Below are positions 36,895 through 51,226 of a stretch of 64,000 bases of DNA, in pieces; position 1 is the stretch's first letter; each line of letters opens with the position of its first letter. Made by a program: the position numbers and the translations under genes. Source of the stretch: Callorhinchus milii (taxonomy: Eukaryota); contig NW_024704743.1 of assembly GCF_018977255.1 (NCBI RefSeq), forward strand, positions 90,026,001-90,090,000, given 5' to 3'. The notes beneath the pieces were generated by a model, which saw only the letters and a list, made by a program, of their open reading frames with translations, searched no databases and had not been told where the DNA came from.

Positions 36895-38329
36895 CTGTAA
36901 TGTCAGTCAAAAAGCCACTCAGTTGATCTTTAATCTTTCAGATGCAAGAGTTTATGACATGAATTTTGAAGCTCTGGTCTTATCCGACGTTATTTAACAG
37001 GTGATGATCTGTGTAAAGCCTTGGGAAAGAGACTGAGATCTGAGGCTAGATAGGTCTCCAGCAGGGCTCAGAGGAACTATCACAATCAGGCGTTTCGATT
37101 CACAGCTGTTTTTTTGTAAAATTGAAAGAGATTAATTTTTGAGCCAAAAAAAAACTTTCTACAGGCTTTCTAATAGATTCATTTAAAACACAATTCTGAC
37201 AGAAGAGAAATACTGCATTGGAAAGAGACAACTTTTTTTTTAAAAAATACATTTTTATAAAATGTGTGACAATTGGATATCAACTGAACTAAATCAAACC
37301 AGCTTTACATCCAACAAACGTGCTGTCCATTTTAGATATTGAGTAAATAAAATACATCATTTTATTCCTCTTTAACAATGTATAAGAAAATCCATCCTTG
37401 AAAGCGTAGGCTGAGATTTCTTATTAGTAATTGTTTTATTTTCTTAAAAAAAGAAATACTGTACTGGCTAGAGAAATGGACAGTTTTCATTTCATTGCTT
37501 CTGCAAAATTACATAGATTTCCCCCAAGCACAAAACAAGTTGTTACCCTGGTTACATTGCTACTTAGTTTGTCACAGGCACTTGTTTTAAAGCAGGATGA
37601 GTGAAGGCCCTTCAGCCCTTTCAATCTCATTCTTCAGAAATACCATCCTGACCATCTTTCCATTAGGGCTTCAAACCATTTAATTACATTCACCCTCACA
37701 CCCCCAGTCTTTCACCGCCCTTACCCCGAGGTTCTTTCATTTAAAGATACCTCAGCATTTCAAAGGTCAGTAACCGCAGCAATTAAAATGCCTGAAGCAA
37801 TGGCTTTGTGCCACAGTAATATCTTCTCAGATTAAATTATTTTGTGATACGTGTAACAAACCATCCATGCTTCATTTTTCTCTCCGCGGGAGATATTGGG
37901 TCCCTTTTACAAATCTGGTGAATTGAGATCATCATGTAAAGGCTTTTATACAATACAGAATTACATTTGTATAGCGCCTTTCACGTCGGGGCGGCATCCA
38001 AAGGCACTGGACGTTTATATCAATCGTGACTACCGCAAAGAATGCATTGGTTCCTTAAATGAATTAACTGATGCATTGGTGAAGATGTCATTTGGTATAA
38101 TCTCTTTGCAAATCCTAGTCCCAAGAAACAGATATGTAACAATGGATTTGTAGGTAATTGTAAAATATGGTAATATAGCAGGAGGAAGAATGAATGAGCT
38201 GAAGGGAATGTTACTCAGGGCAACATTGAAAGAGTTAACTAGATTAGAGTTAAATGTAGAGTTTATATTGTATCATTATGTCAAATGTAATCAAGATGGC
38301 TATCAGTACAGTTAATATCAGAATCATTC

Positions 38330-39970
38330 TGGATAATAAAAAATAAGAACAGGAGGAAGCCATTGTCTATCAAGTCTTTTCCACCAGTTTATAATAATAG
38401 TAATAATAATCCTTGCATTTGATATAGCGCTTTTCACGTCAGGAGGACGTCCCAAAGCGCTTCACAGAACACACTGTAAAGTGAATTGACTGTATATTTG
38501 TGGGCAAACGCGGCAGCCAATTGTGCACAGCAATGTCCCACAAACAGTCGTAGATTGAAAATGACCAATTTATTATTGTTTTGTTTTGGAGGGATAATTA
38601 TTAGGCGTGTGGAGTAAGGAAACTTGCCCAAGGTTTCGCCCTGCCTGGAATTGAACTCAGGTCTCTCGCTTGCAAAGCGAGTGCTCTAACCACTGAGCTA
38701 CAGGACTCCACAATCCCATTTCACCACTTTTTCTGTATACCCCTTAATAATCTGCCCAAATATCTATCTGTCTTTCTATTAAATATCTCAATTGATTTAG
38801 CCTCAATGGGCTTCTGGAGTATTCTTCCTCCTCACAACCATCTGGGTGCAGAAATGTCTCCGGATCTCATGTCCAATGGGTTTAGCCCTAACTTTAAGAT
38901 TATGTCTCATTGTTTTGGATCCCTCTACCAGAGGGAAGAGCTTTTCATTCCCCTTCATTATTATAAACAACTCAATCCCTTCGCTATTTTAAACACCTTT
39001 GCTGGTCCAAATAATATAGCTCATGTTTACCCAGCTTCTCACCATAGCAAAAGCCCAACACCTCAAGTATTAATTTAGTGAGTCACCGCTCTCCCACACC
39101 CCATGCTAGTATATATTTCCTTAGACTGGGTTCCCAAAAGTGAATACAATATTTTGAATGGGGTCTGACCAGTCCTCTGTGTAACTGGAGCTGTACTTTC
39201 TTGCTTTATATTTCAGAGCCCCTGATACAAACAGCAGATGGAGGCAATATATCAAATGCAAGGATTAATATTATTATAAAACCCAGAATCCCATTAGCCT
39301 CATTGATTGCTTTCTGCGCCTATTAACTTAGATTTTAATAGCTTGTGCACTTGGATCTCTAAATCCCCTGGCTCATCTACACTATTCATGCTTACCTATT
39401 CAAAACATATTCCCATCGACCATTCTTGTATCTAAAATGTACTACTTCAATTTTGCAGTGTTAAACTCCATCTGCCTGCTTTGCAATATTTTGCTATCCT
39501 CACTATAAGTTGTGACCCTATCCAAGCTTAGTATCATCAGTAATTGTGCAAATGCATCTCTTTATTCTTATATCCAGGTTATTTCTAAATGGCTAAAAAG
39601 GATGGCCCCAGCAACGATCAATCAAAGAATGTCTCTTTTATCTCAACTCTCTCTCCTAATTCCCAATCAATTTCCTATGTCTTTCACAAAATTGGCTTTG
39701 ATTCCATGGGCTGAAACTTTAGCCAGTAATCTCTTATATGGTACCTTATCAAATGCCTTCCAAAAATCCATATAATTATCATCCATCAACCCTCCTTCAC
39801 CTCACAGTTCTGATAAACAACTCTATTTAGGTTAGTTAGAAATTATCTATCTTTTTACAAAAACAAGCCAACATATAACATGCCTTTGATCAGTTCATCT
39901 TTATCCAGATTCTCACCCTGATGATGGATTCCAGAAATTTGACCATGACTGTTGTTAAACTCATAGGCTC
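38330..39970 (-). mobile_element. Old CR1 3'/RT fragment interrupted by a SINE
   Basis: DFWKAFDKVPYKRLLAK, ADDTKLG-like and LVRPHSKYCIHFW motifs on the minus strand. Confidence 0.8.
38392..38711 (-). mobile_element. Full-length young tRNA-derived SINE
   Basis: Near-identical to 16756-17089. Confidence 0.95.
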
Positions 39971-40069
39971 TTATTTGGTTATGCATAATGCTTCAAACTG
40001 TATTATTAGTCAGTTTTCTATTCCTGTGAGAATACCATTTGAATTTACCTGCATGTATCCTTGTACCCA

Positions 40070-40580
40070 ATATCAGTTGTCGTCGAGTCACTTCCCACCT
40101 TGACTTCACAAACATGCTCTTCGCTGGTCTTCCCAGTTACACTACCCACAAGCTAATACAAAACTCTGCATCTATACCCACACCAAACAACATAAGTCCA
40201 TCACTCCAATCCTCACGTGGCTCCATCACTATGCTATCCCAGACAGGATCTTCAACGTCATCATCTTCATATAACAAATTCCTTCATTCCTTCGTACCTC
40301 CTATCTCACTGACTTACTCATACCGTATTCCTCTGCCCAACCCTAAGTTCCACCATCGGTAGCCTTCAACCATTATGCCCCAATCCCTGGAACTCTCTGC
40401 CTCTATCCTCTTCCTTGCTGCTTCTTTCCATCTTCAAATCCCACCTGAAAAACTACCTCTTCGACCACACCTATGGATCTCCCCCCAACACCTTCTTCTT
40501 CCTAACTTGGCATCCAACTCCACCACTGTGAAGTGCTCAGAGACATGAAGGGCTCCATATAAATGAAAGCTATTGCTGCA
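40070..40580 (+). mobile_element. Old L2 3' fragment
   Basis: LDFTNMLFAGLP...LIQNSA; FKSHLKNYLFDH. Confidence 0.75.
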
Positions 40581-43500
40581 CCATCTTGGCATAATATTCA
40601 CTGTAACAGCCTGACACAGGGAACAGAAAAATTAGGGACACATTGAAATCCCATAAAACAAACTGATTGGAAATACAAGAAACATTTCTCAATGCTGTCA
40701 ATACAATTTCTTTTTAAAATAAAATATGGCAAGAAACAAGAGCATTTTCGGTTAGTCCACCTAAGGTATTCAGTAAATTTATTGGTAAAACTACAAAAGA
40801 TAGTTTACTTAAATTGGATAATCAGTGTAATAGTAGCAACATTGCAAAGCTTGTTCAATGAAAAATGTAGCAGGTTTCACAAATATACAATATATATAAA
40901 ATTCCTGATCTGCAGAATAAAGGCTGCCTCTTTTCAAAGCACTTCAAAGTCTGCAATAAGTTAGTTGAGTGACAGGTCACTATTCTTGTCTCACAGTCCT
41001 CTACAATAGTTACAACACAAAATACAATCCAAATTAATCCAATAATGGCAAAATAGGTTAATGCCATTCATTGAACCGATAATGTTATGCTACATGGTTC
41101 CTGGTTACTAAAATTATGTTTTAACAGCTCATTCTCTGCTTCTAAAATGAACTTGATACATTACATCAAAGAGGCAACCAGGATACCACTGTAATGCTAT
41201 TAGCTGCGTTCACACTAGTTGCAAACTCTGGGATTTAAGTGAGTCAGGCTGAGCAGTCAGATTGTTTTCCTTTAACACTTAATCTCATTGCCCAAACAGA
41301 ACATTCAGTATAAATATTTCAGTATAAATATTATCATTTGGAAGTGAGCTACAACGAGTCCAGAAAAGTTCACCTTAAAGGGGAATAAATTGTCCCCGGC
41401 ACTGGAGAGAAAACTTAAATGTTCTTTACACACCACAGTGGCATCTCTTTAATAGTCTTCTTATAGCTAAATTTATCAATACTGGACAATGAAAGTGTAT
41501 TATTCTCTGCTTCTGACCTTTGGACTTGTACACTTAATAAAAGGAAAAGTGGAAAAGTGGAAAAGAATCCCCAGGGAACCATTCTGGGACATATTCTGGC
41601 ACCGTATTTTTTGTTTGTCAAAGCAAAGATGCTACCCAGAGCACTGTATTGTGAGTGAAATGAAGACAACTCTTTGCAAAATAATTTCCATGATTCCAAA
41701 GGTACTCTAATATAGATGATAGTGCAACTTAGAGTTTATTTTATTCTACGCCATGCACTGAAGCATTACTTTCAAAGAAATAAACACTTCAGTAAATCAA
41801 TCCTGCAAAAAATATAAGCGTAAACTGTTGAAACAAGTTGGTCTACTAAATTGGCATCAACTAAAATCTGCACAAGGGTACACTCTATAGAATGACACAT
41901 ATGCACACGCACAGCGATCCTGTAGTCCTTAATGGTCTCATTAAAACTCAACTGGCAAATTTTGCATTGTCACTCACAGCACAATCCTCTGGGCAGCATC
42001 TTTGTTTTATAGCAGTTTGTTTGGATGTTATCTAGAATGATTTGCAGCTTATGCCTCTGCAATAGAATGCCTATGAATAGAATTCTGGATATTTGTTAAT
42101 ATAGTTTTTTGTGTATGTAGTTCACTTAAACTTACATATGATCTTGCAAGGCTAATAAAACAAGGAAAAACAAATGGAGGAACAATAATGTTACAAAATC
42201 TTCAACATGTTGTGGAGAAAATGTAATTTTTTTCAGAAATCTCTCCCTATGGTTTAAGGGGTAGATGCATATTACCTCAATGGATTGTACTTGTCCTATT
42301 TTTATTCCACTTTATATCTGGCTACTTTGTCAAGAAGATTCCAATGATCATGGATATTGTGAAATCAAAGGACCTATATTTTTCCAATCCAAAATAGGAA
42401 ACTGCAGCAAAATAATTGCACACGAGCAGCTAAGGAAAACAATTGGGATGATCGGCAGATGAAACAGAGCACACAACAATCTTTGTGTCCAACAGGTTAT
42501 AAAGCAGGAACAACAAATCTGTGAGATGTTCTTGGGGTTGACTTGCTAAACCAACTTGTGAAACTAAGAGAGTGGAGCAGATAGACCAATGTACATCAGC
42601 AAATATGCATTAGTGATTGTAAAATAATATCCCCCCAAGTGTGAATGTTTATTTTTAATTGATTGAAAAGATTGCCTTTTCTGCGTAGTCCATGTACATA
42701 AATTCAAAAACCTTACTGCTGCTCCAGTTCAGAGCAGCTAACTCAGGACTGACAGGGGATTGAATCTGGGGATTTCCTAGTCTGGATACCTCGGTTTCAG
42801 ACATCAACAGCGACAAAGCAATAATTAATAAAGCTATACTATTTCTAACCATTTAGAAAATAATTGTGAGCTTCCAGACATGCAAACATTGTGAAGCCCT
42901 TCAATTACTCCCAATGAAGCACAATAGCCGACCACCTTAAAAGGATAACTGATCAGTTAAACCAGACTAGCTGCTGAACTTACAACCCAGCTATCTAGGA
43001 TCAATACCTCATTTCCTCTGCAGGTTTGTTCTGCTCAGTTTCTGGATGCGATGGATGGCGTGGTACCACCTCCACTGTCTCACTTCTTTTTGTAGTAAAA
43101 ATAATTAAAAAGAAAACATGGACTTTGGTGACCACAACGCTTACCAGTGGTTTAATTGATAGGAAGAGGAGACTAACTATAGGAGGGCAGAAGCTGCCGA
43201 AAAGACATTCAATCTATGAAACTAGGCAACTGTCCTCTACGCACTATTCTAGCTGTGTAACTTTGCTAAAATTACGTAACGTTGTGCTTATTTAATGTTG
43301 TTATATGCTGGAGGGTAACAAGAAGCTCACTACAAAAAAACACATTTGTAATTGCACTCAGTCATTCACAAAATGGAATAGCTCAGAGGATGCTGCATTG
43401 GAGAAATATTGTGGTAAGAACTCTGATATGCGCAAGCCAATTTAAATGCTTAGAGTCAGCATTTGGAATGGCTTAATTATTTCAGGATTGTTTTCGGACT

Positions 43501-43732
43501 GTACTTTCTCTTGTTACAGAATGTGTTCAAAGAATTGAAAGGGCTTAGCTGCGATATGGAAACGAGGACTCAAAGATGTCCATCATACTGACCTGCATGA
43601 TCTCCACTCTGATATCATCTAAATCTGGTTCACAGTTCATACAAGTTGACAAGAAATATGAGGAAATACTGCCGAAGGGCCCAAAATTCCACCTAGTCTC
43701 AACCTGTAAGGCCATTAAGAATTAAAATGTAT

Positions 43733-43848
43733 GGTTGTGCAGAATAATGGAAAATTCTGCAAACCACTCTTCATTTGGAAGTTGTTATAACGAACTGGCT
43801 TCCAAATGAAGACTGAATTTGAGATTTTTTCACAGTTCTGCACAACCT
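43733..43848. repeat. Imperfect palindrome of about 115 bp
   Basis: ggttgtgcagaa...tcttcatttggaag, loop, cttccaaatgaaga...ttctgcacaacc. Confidence 0.8.
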
Positions 43849-46769
43849 TAAATATTAAAACAAAATTGTCTTACAAGCTAAAAGTGGAATTTCAGGCCTC
43901 AAGATTTCAATTTAAAATCCAATGATTTAAACCTTTGAGATTTTGCGCACATTTCCCATGATCTTATCCTTAAGGCTATTCTCTTAAAATTTAATTTGGA
44001 AAGCGATGAGGAGATTCGAGCCTCTGGTGTCCATTTGTGAAGATGTTCACACTATATCAATGTAATACATTATCTTTACGTTAAAAGTGTCAGCTGCAAA
44101 CATTTAATTTCAAACATTACACAAAGACTAGGGAGCTGAGCTTGTATTCTCAGGGTGGGTGGTTGGCTTGTCACACTCCAACGACCTTGGTGCCTGATAC
44201 AGTGATTGCTTACATTGATTTACCTTCATGATTTATGGACTGATATTTTTAATATCCTGGGTGCAATGAGATTACATCTTGGAGAATAAAGGATTTTCTG
44301 GAAGAGGGGGTTGAAACGGTTTTATTTGGAACAGGATTCACAAAGAATTTAGAAATATTGGACCTGACCATAAAATAGATGTGCGTCATCCTGACCCATG
44401 GGAACTCAGCAATCTACTTTGGAGCAGAGTTTCCGCAGTAAGCATGTTGCACATGCAGTTAATAACAGCATTGAAAATGTACTAATCCTTACGTCTCTTG
44501 AATTTTTACCTCAATATCGCACCACACAGAACATTTAATGTATGAACTAGGCAGTTTCCTATATGTTTAAAGACAACATTGATTCGGGAAACTAGAAGGT
44601 ATGGTTTTACTGCAGGTAGTATTCTGAATGTCAAATGTGTTTAGGAGTTATCATTCTTATTGTATTTTATGGCCTCCCTAGAACTACCCTTCATTGAATT
44701 AACTCATGCAGAACTCTACAGCCGGAGTCTTCTTCTATAATCCTATCATCTCATCCTTTCTCAAGCTCCACTGGCTCCCTGATTTGCAGGAGATTGATTT
44801 CAAGATCTCATTCTCCCCCTCATTTTCAAATATTTATCTCTTTAACAGCCGCTGTCAATCATCTCTAAATTATTTCCACTTCTTCCTCAGTGCCCATGAC
44901 TGCCTTTGTTGAGAAATTTTAGATTTTACATAAATGGCACAACATTGGTGAAACTTATTGCAGTTACAATAATTACAGGATAGACCATTTTGCTTGGCCT
45001 TCTTTGTGAGTGCATGTATCATTGAAGCTACATTGCATGTAAAGCACAAGTTGGGCAGATAGCTCATGGTTAACATATTCAAACTTATACAGTAATTATA
45101 CAATTAAAAATATAGTTCAACCATGGCTATTAATGGGCATCAAATGCAAGGATCTTTAATCCAACCCATATATTAGATCCAAAACTGAACTTATTAAACA
45201 GTGTGCAGCCAATAAAAACCTAGATATAAATCATTTTTCTTTATCAAAATGGATTTTAAAGATTGTTGAATCAGACTGAAAGAAGTCTCATGTTGTGTGG
45301 CCAAACACCGAGTCAAGTTAAGCAACTAGAGGCTAGTGAGCATGTCTCACTCACCCCCACATCCCTTACAACTACAGAGTTTCTAGCTTTTGGTCTCCCT
45401 GGCTAACTTTGTCCTGACTGTTCAGTAATTTTACAAGTGTCTAAACACTGTGGATTTTGTTCTCCCATCGCTTAATGTGATAAGGCACTATACTAAATGC
45501 AAGGACTATTATTATTATCATTTGTGCTGGCCAGCCCTAATCTCACTCTTCCCCAAGTGGGAAATAACATCTTTTCTCCACCACAAACTCTCCATTCCTT
45601 GCAATTCTGAGGTCACCTTTAAACTCTGAGTTACTCTGCACTGACTTGTTTTCTTTGACTATCCTCAATCCTCAACCTGATCTTCCTTTAGGCTTGTTTA
45701 GTTTTCCTTCATGGTCCTTTTGCCTCTCCTGCTCTCTCAGTGAGATCTTGTCCCAATCCTCCTCTCATCATTCGACGTTTGGCTTGCTTCTCTCTACATT
45801 CCTACTACTGAATTTCCTTTCAGCCCAACTTTAATCCTAGGAACAGATTAAGTTTTTTCTGAAACTCATTAGGAGTATTTTATGTGATTCTGCAGGAAGG
45901 ATGCATGAGTGGACATTCGATCGTCCAAATAGAAAATAATTGAAACTAATTTATTGGATTGTGTGTGGTATATTTATAGAACACCTATTTATAGAGTACA
46001 TGGCAAGGATCACGGGAATAGTTTATTTTATTAGGAATATCTTTATAATGTATTAATGACTTTAGTTTACTCTCAGGCTAAGGAGTCTTACTCACTTATG
46101 AATCAAATAGCCAATTCCACTATTCTCTCAATGCGTGTGACATTGATGTCATGCAAATGTTTCAGTGCAATTCATTGCAACAGTCTTATGCCTTGTTTGC
46201 TATCCTATTAAATATTAACATGATTACCTGTTCATTAACTTTCGTTTACCATTGTCGTTTCTCTTCAAACACAGAAAGACACTCCATCCAGCATATGACA
46301 ACAAAGCAAGCACCTTTGATCATCTAATTACAAGTCAATATAGCACCAACTAGGCTGAACCTCAGGTACCTGTCAGTGTCAGTGGAAGGTTGCTGGATTT
46401 CTATCCTTGGGTAAGCTGTTCTTCTGTTGGCTAAAGAAACCTGGCTGCTTTGTCAACAGATAAAACAAGAGGCCTGTTAGCATAACATAATCACTGACCT
46501 GCTAAAGAAGCTGTAGAGGCTTTCATGTATGTAAGCATTATGTTCTGGTCTCAGCAGGACTTGCGAATGTCTATTCACTCTGTTAAATGTTTATGTTCCA
46601 AACATAATATGATACATTTTACATTTACATAGTGCTTTTCTCGTTAGGAGGACATCTTAAACATTTGTCAATGCTGCCTGGGGACCAACTCTTTCATATT
46701 TTTAACAGACCTCTTTCTGACTACACTAATATGTCTAACGACAATATTGAGAACAACTTCAATGGTGCT

Positions 46770-47335
46770 GCTCATTCAGAACTCTGCTGCCCGCATAGTT
46801 ACCTGGACCAAACTCCGTATCCCCATCTCAACAGTTCTACCCAGGCTCCACTGGCTCCCCATCACCAAACAGATTGACTTCAAGATCCTCATACTTATGT
46901 TCAAATCCCTTCACTCCCTGGAACCTCCCTAACTTCTCGACTTCCTCACTCCCCAATTCACCACCCGGCACCTCCACTTGACTGGGACCGGCCTCCTGCT
47001 TGTCCCTCATGCCCTCTGTATTGGAGGTCGCGCATTCAATAACAACAACATGGATTTACATAGCGCCCTCCACACTGGACGGCATCTCAGAGCGCTTTAC
47101 AGTCACAGATCCCGGGATTCAGATACTACACCCCAAAACTCTGGAACAATCTCCCTCGGCCTTGCCTCCTCTTTCCCCTTTTTCAAGCCCCGCCTGAAAA
47201 CCTTCCTCTTCGACCGTACTTACAGTCACCTCCACACCCCCACCACCTGGCTTGGAGTCAGGCTCCGCCACTGTTAAGTGCTCTGAGACACTACCCTGTG
47301 TGGAGAGCACTGTATAAGTGCAAGTTTTTGTTGTG
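46770..47335 (+). mobile_element. L2 3' fragment containing an opposite-strand L2 tail (about 47038-47103)
   Basis: LIQNSAARIV...LHWLPITKQIDFKILIL...FKPRLKTFLFDR. Confidence 0.85.
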
Positions 47336-47479
47336 TCTTAGTTCAGTGCCTCCATGTATAGCTGCAGCTTGGTAGCATTGCAATAAAGACTCAGCCTTGA
47401 TGTATTTATAGGGTAGATGTAACCTATAGACTTTGACTTTACACCGCATCCCTCACAGCTCCTGCTTGACTAATAGTCC

Positions 47480-49236
47480 CCTCTATTACCCCTCCAACCT
47501 TTCCCTCAAAATTCTCCTTATCTACTGCCCCCCCAAGCCCTCCCCCACCTTCATCCCTGACATCTCCACCCTCCTATCTTCCTTCTCCCTTTGCTCTAAT
47601 CGCCTCCTCATCCTTGGTAATTTCAACCTTCACTTCACCCCCTCCTGCTCTACCTCTGCTGACTTTTCCTCCCTTATCTCCTCCCTCAATCTCTCCCTCC
47701 ACATCCACTCCGCCACCCACATCCGCAGTCACCCCCTTGACCTGGTGATCACTCGGGGATTCACTGTCTCGGACCTCACCACCATCGACAAAGCGATCTC
47801 GGACCATCACTTCATCTCCCTTAACTCTCCTCACCTATCCTCACCTCAAATGCCAACTGCAAGGCAATAATAATAATAATAATAATCCTTGCATTTGATA
47901 TAGCGCTTTTCACGTCGGGAGGACGTCCCAAAGCGCTTCGCAGAATATACTGTAAAGTGAGTTGACTGTATATTTGTGGGCGAACGCGGCAGCCAATTGC
48001 GCACAGCAATGTCCCACAAACAGTCATAGATTGAAAATGACCAATTTAATTATTGTTTTTGTTTTTTGGAGGGATTATTATTAGGCGTGTGGAGTAAGGA
48101 AATTTGCCCAAGGTTTCGCCCTGCCTGGAATTGAACTCAGGTCTCTTGCTTGCAAAGCGAGTGCTCTAACCACTGAGCTACAGGACTCCGCAATGCTGGA
48201 CTTACTCAAATCCAAAGTCGAGGGAATCCACTCAGCTGCCTCTGCCACTGCAACTGCTACCCCCTCCCCATCTCCTCCTCTCACCCCAACCCCTATCGAC
48301 CCCTCCCTCCACACCTTTGAACCCGTCTCCCTCTCTTCACTCATCAGTACCATAACCCGTGTGAAACCCACCACCTGGTCCCTCGACCCATATCTACCCC
48401 CCTCCTTACTTCCAGCTCACTGACATTGTTAATCTCTCCCTGTCCACTGGTACCGTTCCTCACCTCAGGCGCTGATAGCATCACCATCCAGGGTTGCACA
48501 CTCCACCTTGCTGAGCCAGTCCAGAACCTTGGGGTCTTGTTTGACCCTCAACTATCCTTTCTACCCCACATCTGCGCCATGACCTGCTCTGCCTTCCCCC
48601 ACCTCCACAATGTCGCCCAGCTCTGACTCTCTAATACCGCAGGCCGCTGAAACACCTTCATTACATCGAGGCTCGACTGTGCACACTCACTGCTTGTCGG
48701 CCTCTCCAATTCCTCCCTCCACAGGCTGCAGATCATCCAGAACTCTGCAGCCCGTGTCCTCTCCCACACCAGGCTCTACAACCTTATCACCCCCATCCTT
48801 GCCCAACTCCACTGGCTTCCCATCACACAGAGGATACAGTTCAAGATCTTCGTCCTCACCTTCAAAGCCCTCCATGGTGTTGCTCCCCCCTACCTCTCCG
48901 ATCTCCTAACTCCCTACCACCCTGTTCGCTCCCTCCTGCTTCACGTCCCCCACCTTGCTCACCCCACTATCGACAAGCGGGCCTTCCACCACTCTCCACA
49001 CACCCTCTGGAACTCCATCCCCCAATCCCTCCATCTCACCCCCTCCCTCGCCACCTTCAAGACCCACCTCAAGAATCTCCTCTTCGACCGTGCTTTCGAT
49101 CTCCCTGCTTCCCCTCCACTCTCCCCCCACCCCACCCCGACCCTCAGCTAGAGTCCATAACTCTGTCTGTCCAGCATCTTGGGACGTCCTCCCGACATCA
49201 AAGGCGCTATACAAATGCAATTTTGTTGTTGTTGTA
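47480..49236 (+). mobile_element. Internally deleted L2 LINE (APE endonuclease remnant through RT C-terminus and tail)
   Basis: IYCPPK, LGNFNLH, THIRSHPLDLV, ISDH endonuclease motifs; VQNLGVLFDPQLSF; LQIIQNSAARVL; (TTG)n tail. Confidence 0.92.
47869..48189 (-). mobile_element. Full-length SINE nested in the L2, with GCAAT target-site duplication
   Basis: GCAAT at 47864-47868 and 48190-48194. The L2 frame NCKA|MLDLLKSKVEGIH rejoins on removal. Confidence 0.95.
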
Positions 49237-51154
49237 GTCCGGTGTCTATGAGAACTGTGATAAAGACCTAGCTTTTATTTGGTAATTTATCAGAGCGTGC
49301 TCTAATGTTTGTCATCTTCTTGATAACAACCCTTCCCACTCGAGCACACTCAAGGCAACTCAGTGCTTATCTAATGAGTAACCAACATTTACTGGAGCAG
49401 AATTGCGAAGTTATTGCTATTTTTCTAGTAGAAATTACTAGAACTCCAAGAGCTTCACCTGATTATGGGAGACAAACAGCCAAATCAGTCCTACTGGGTA
49501 ACATTATTGCTTTCGCCTCGAACAGAAAGACTTGGCTGCTCAGAAACTGAAAGGGTAGAGCATCAGATGTACAGCATATAAAAGTACGGATGTTTCAGTT
49601 TTAACCAGTAACCTAGTAACTCATTTAGAAATTGCTTCTGTGCTTTCACATTTTTGGGTTCCTCTCTCCCCTCTCCTCTGCCTGGACTTTAATCAATGTC
49701 ACTTGCTGGAAAATAAATCATTTGCAAAAAAATGTTACTTCCGCCTGGACACAAAGTCAAGCACAGATTTGGATCCCAAATCCACTCTTGATTTTGACAG
49801 GCATTAAATAGGACTTTAGATTTACTTTAAACTGAAGCGAATGGGAAAGGTCTTTGTCAATCTCAATGAAAATTTCCTCTGGGGAGTAAACATGCCTGTC
49901 ATTTTTCATTAATTTTTAGTTTTTCGTTACAGTCCACAAGAAAATGCTTGTGTTTCAAAATTCTAAGATAGTTTAAACTTGGCATTCAATCAGAAAACAA
50001 TGAGTTTGCTTTTGGAAATAAAAAACTTCATGAGTTGGAAATCGGAAATAAAAATAAAATTGTTGGATAACAACATGCCCCACATCCACTAATCCGCTAA
50101 TGCTACACCCAACACAATGTACAAACCTTAAACTACCTATATATTTTGGAGCAATAAACATTCAGCTTGTCTGTTTTAGTACAACTTACTTCTAAAAAAA
50201 TAGTTAAGGAAAGTTTAAATACAAGAGAAAGCTTGGGGATCCATCAGTTCCAGTTATTTTGAAACCTGATAACGATAAGTCTATTTAACTAAAGAAGTGA
50301 GATGACTATATAGACCATGTGGGACAGTTACATTGATCACTATAGTAGTAAGCCATTACATTAAATCTTTATAATGGAAAATCACATTTGGTAGACAGCA
50401 AACAATTTCTAATTTTAGAGTGTAACTTAAATTAGACTCAATATCAGTAACTGAGCTTCATTAAACATAATGGATTTGAGCATCCCAAAAATGTTTTCTC
50501 TTTAGCCTTGTCTTATGAGGTAATCTGCCCTTTACCAGAATCCAATCTATACATTACAGTTTAACATCTCTTCCCAATTCCTTAACACATCACTTGGAAC
50601 CAGAGAAATCTACGGCACAGAAGAATTCAGCCTATCATGTCTGTGCCTTTTATGCACAAATAAATCCCTAATTAATAGAATGACAACAATTTACATTTAT
50701 AAAGTACCTTCTGTGTTAGAAGGACATCTTAAAGGGATAGTGTATGTTTTATCTTTTTTTAAAAAGAATTGTAAATGACATTTGGGTGATTTTCTAGCAA
50801 GTACATAAATGTTTCTGAATGTCTTGAACAAATATTGCAAAGACATCTTAACACTTACCACTATCAACGTGTAAACTGAATGAAATCAGATTTTCTGTAT
50901 GAATATACTGTCACAAATTAAATATTAAGACTGCCAAATTCAAAAACATTCTTAGTATTGGTGTTAGCATAGAGGTGGAAAATAGAAAGAAACCCACAAT
51001 GTTTAGAGCAAACAATCGGAGCAGATCTTAGGAACACTCCACTTCAGCATTCCTTCACACTACAATCATCATCCAATGTGTCAGTGGTTTGGATGTGAGT
51101 CTGCCATAATAAAGACAGAGACTCTCTGACCCTAAGGCACTTCACTTGCCTTAC

Positions 51155-51226
51155 CTATAGTCTTCAGATGTTCCATTGACTACAGCATGATTTGACCATG
51201 CAATGGGATTTCCACCATTGTGCCAT
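51155..51226 (-). CDS. RIMS2: Probable RIMS2 cassette exon (72 nt, phase 2/2): WHNGGNPIAWSNHAVVNGTSEDY
   Basis: ctaac branch-like motif, then tttgttttgctgtgcttttctgaag acceptor; strong TAG|gtaagg donor; frame-preserving. Confidence 0.72.

Noticed and set aside
36895..37105. Upstream alternative acceptor extending the 168-nt exon
   Set aside because: A-rich sequence before the AG and stops in all frames; no support.
2354..49251. Many Pro/Ser- or Gly/Arg-rich ORFs in the track
   Set aside because: They are alternative-frame translations of L2/SINE fragments, not genes.
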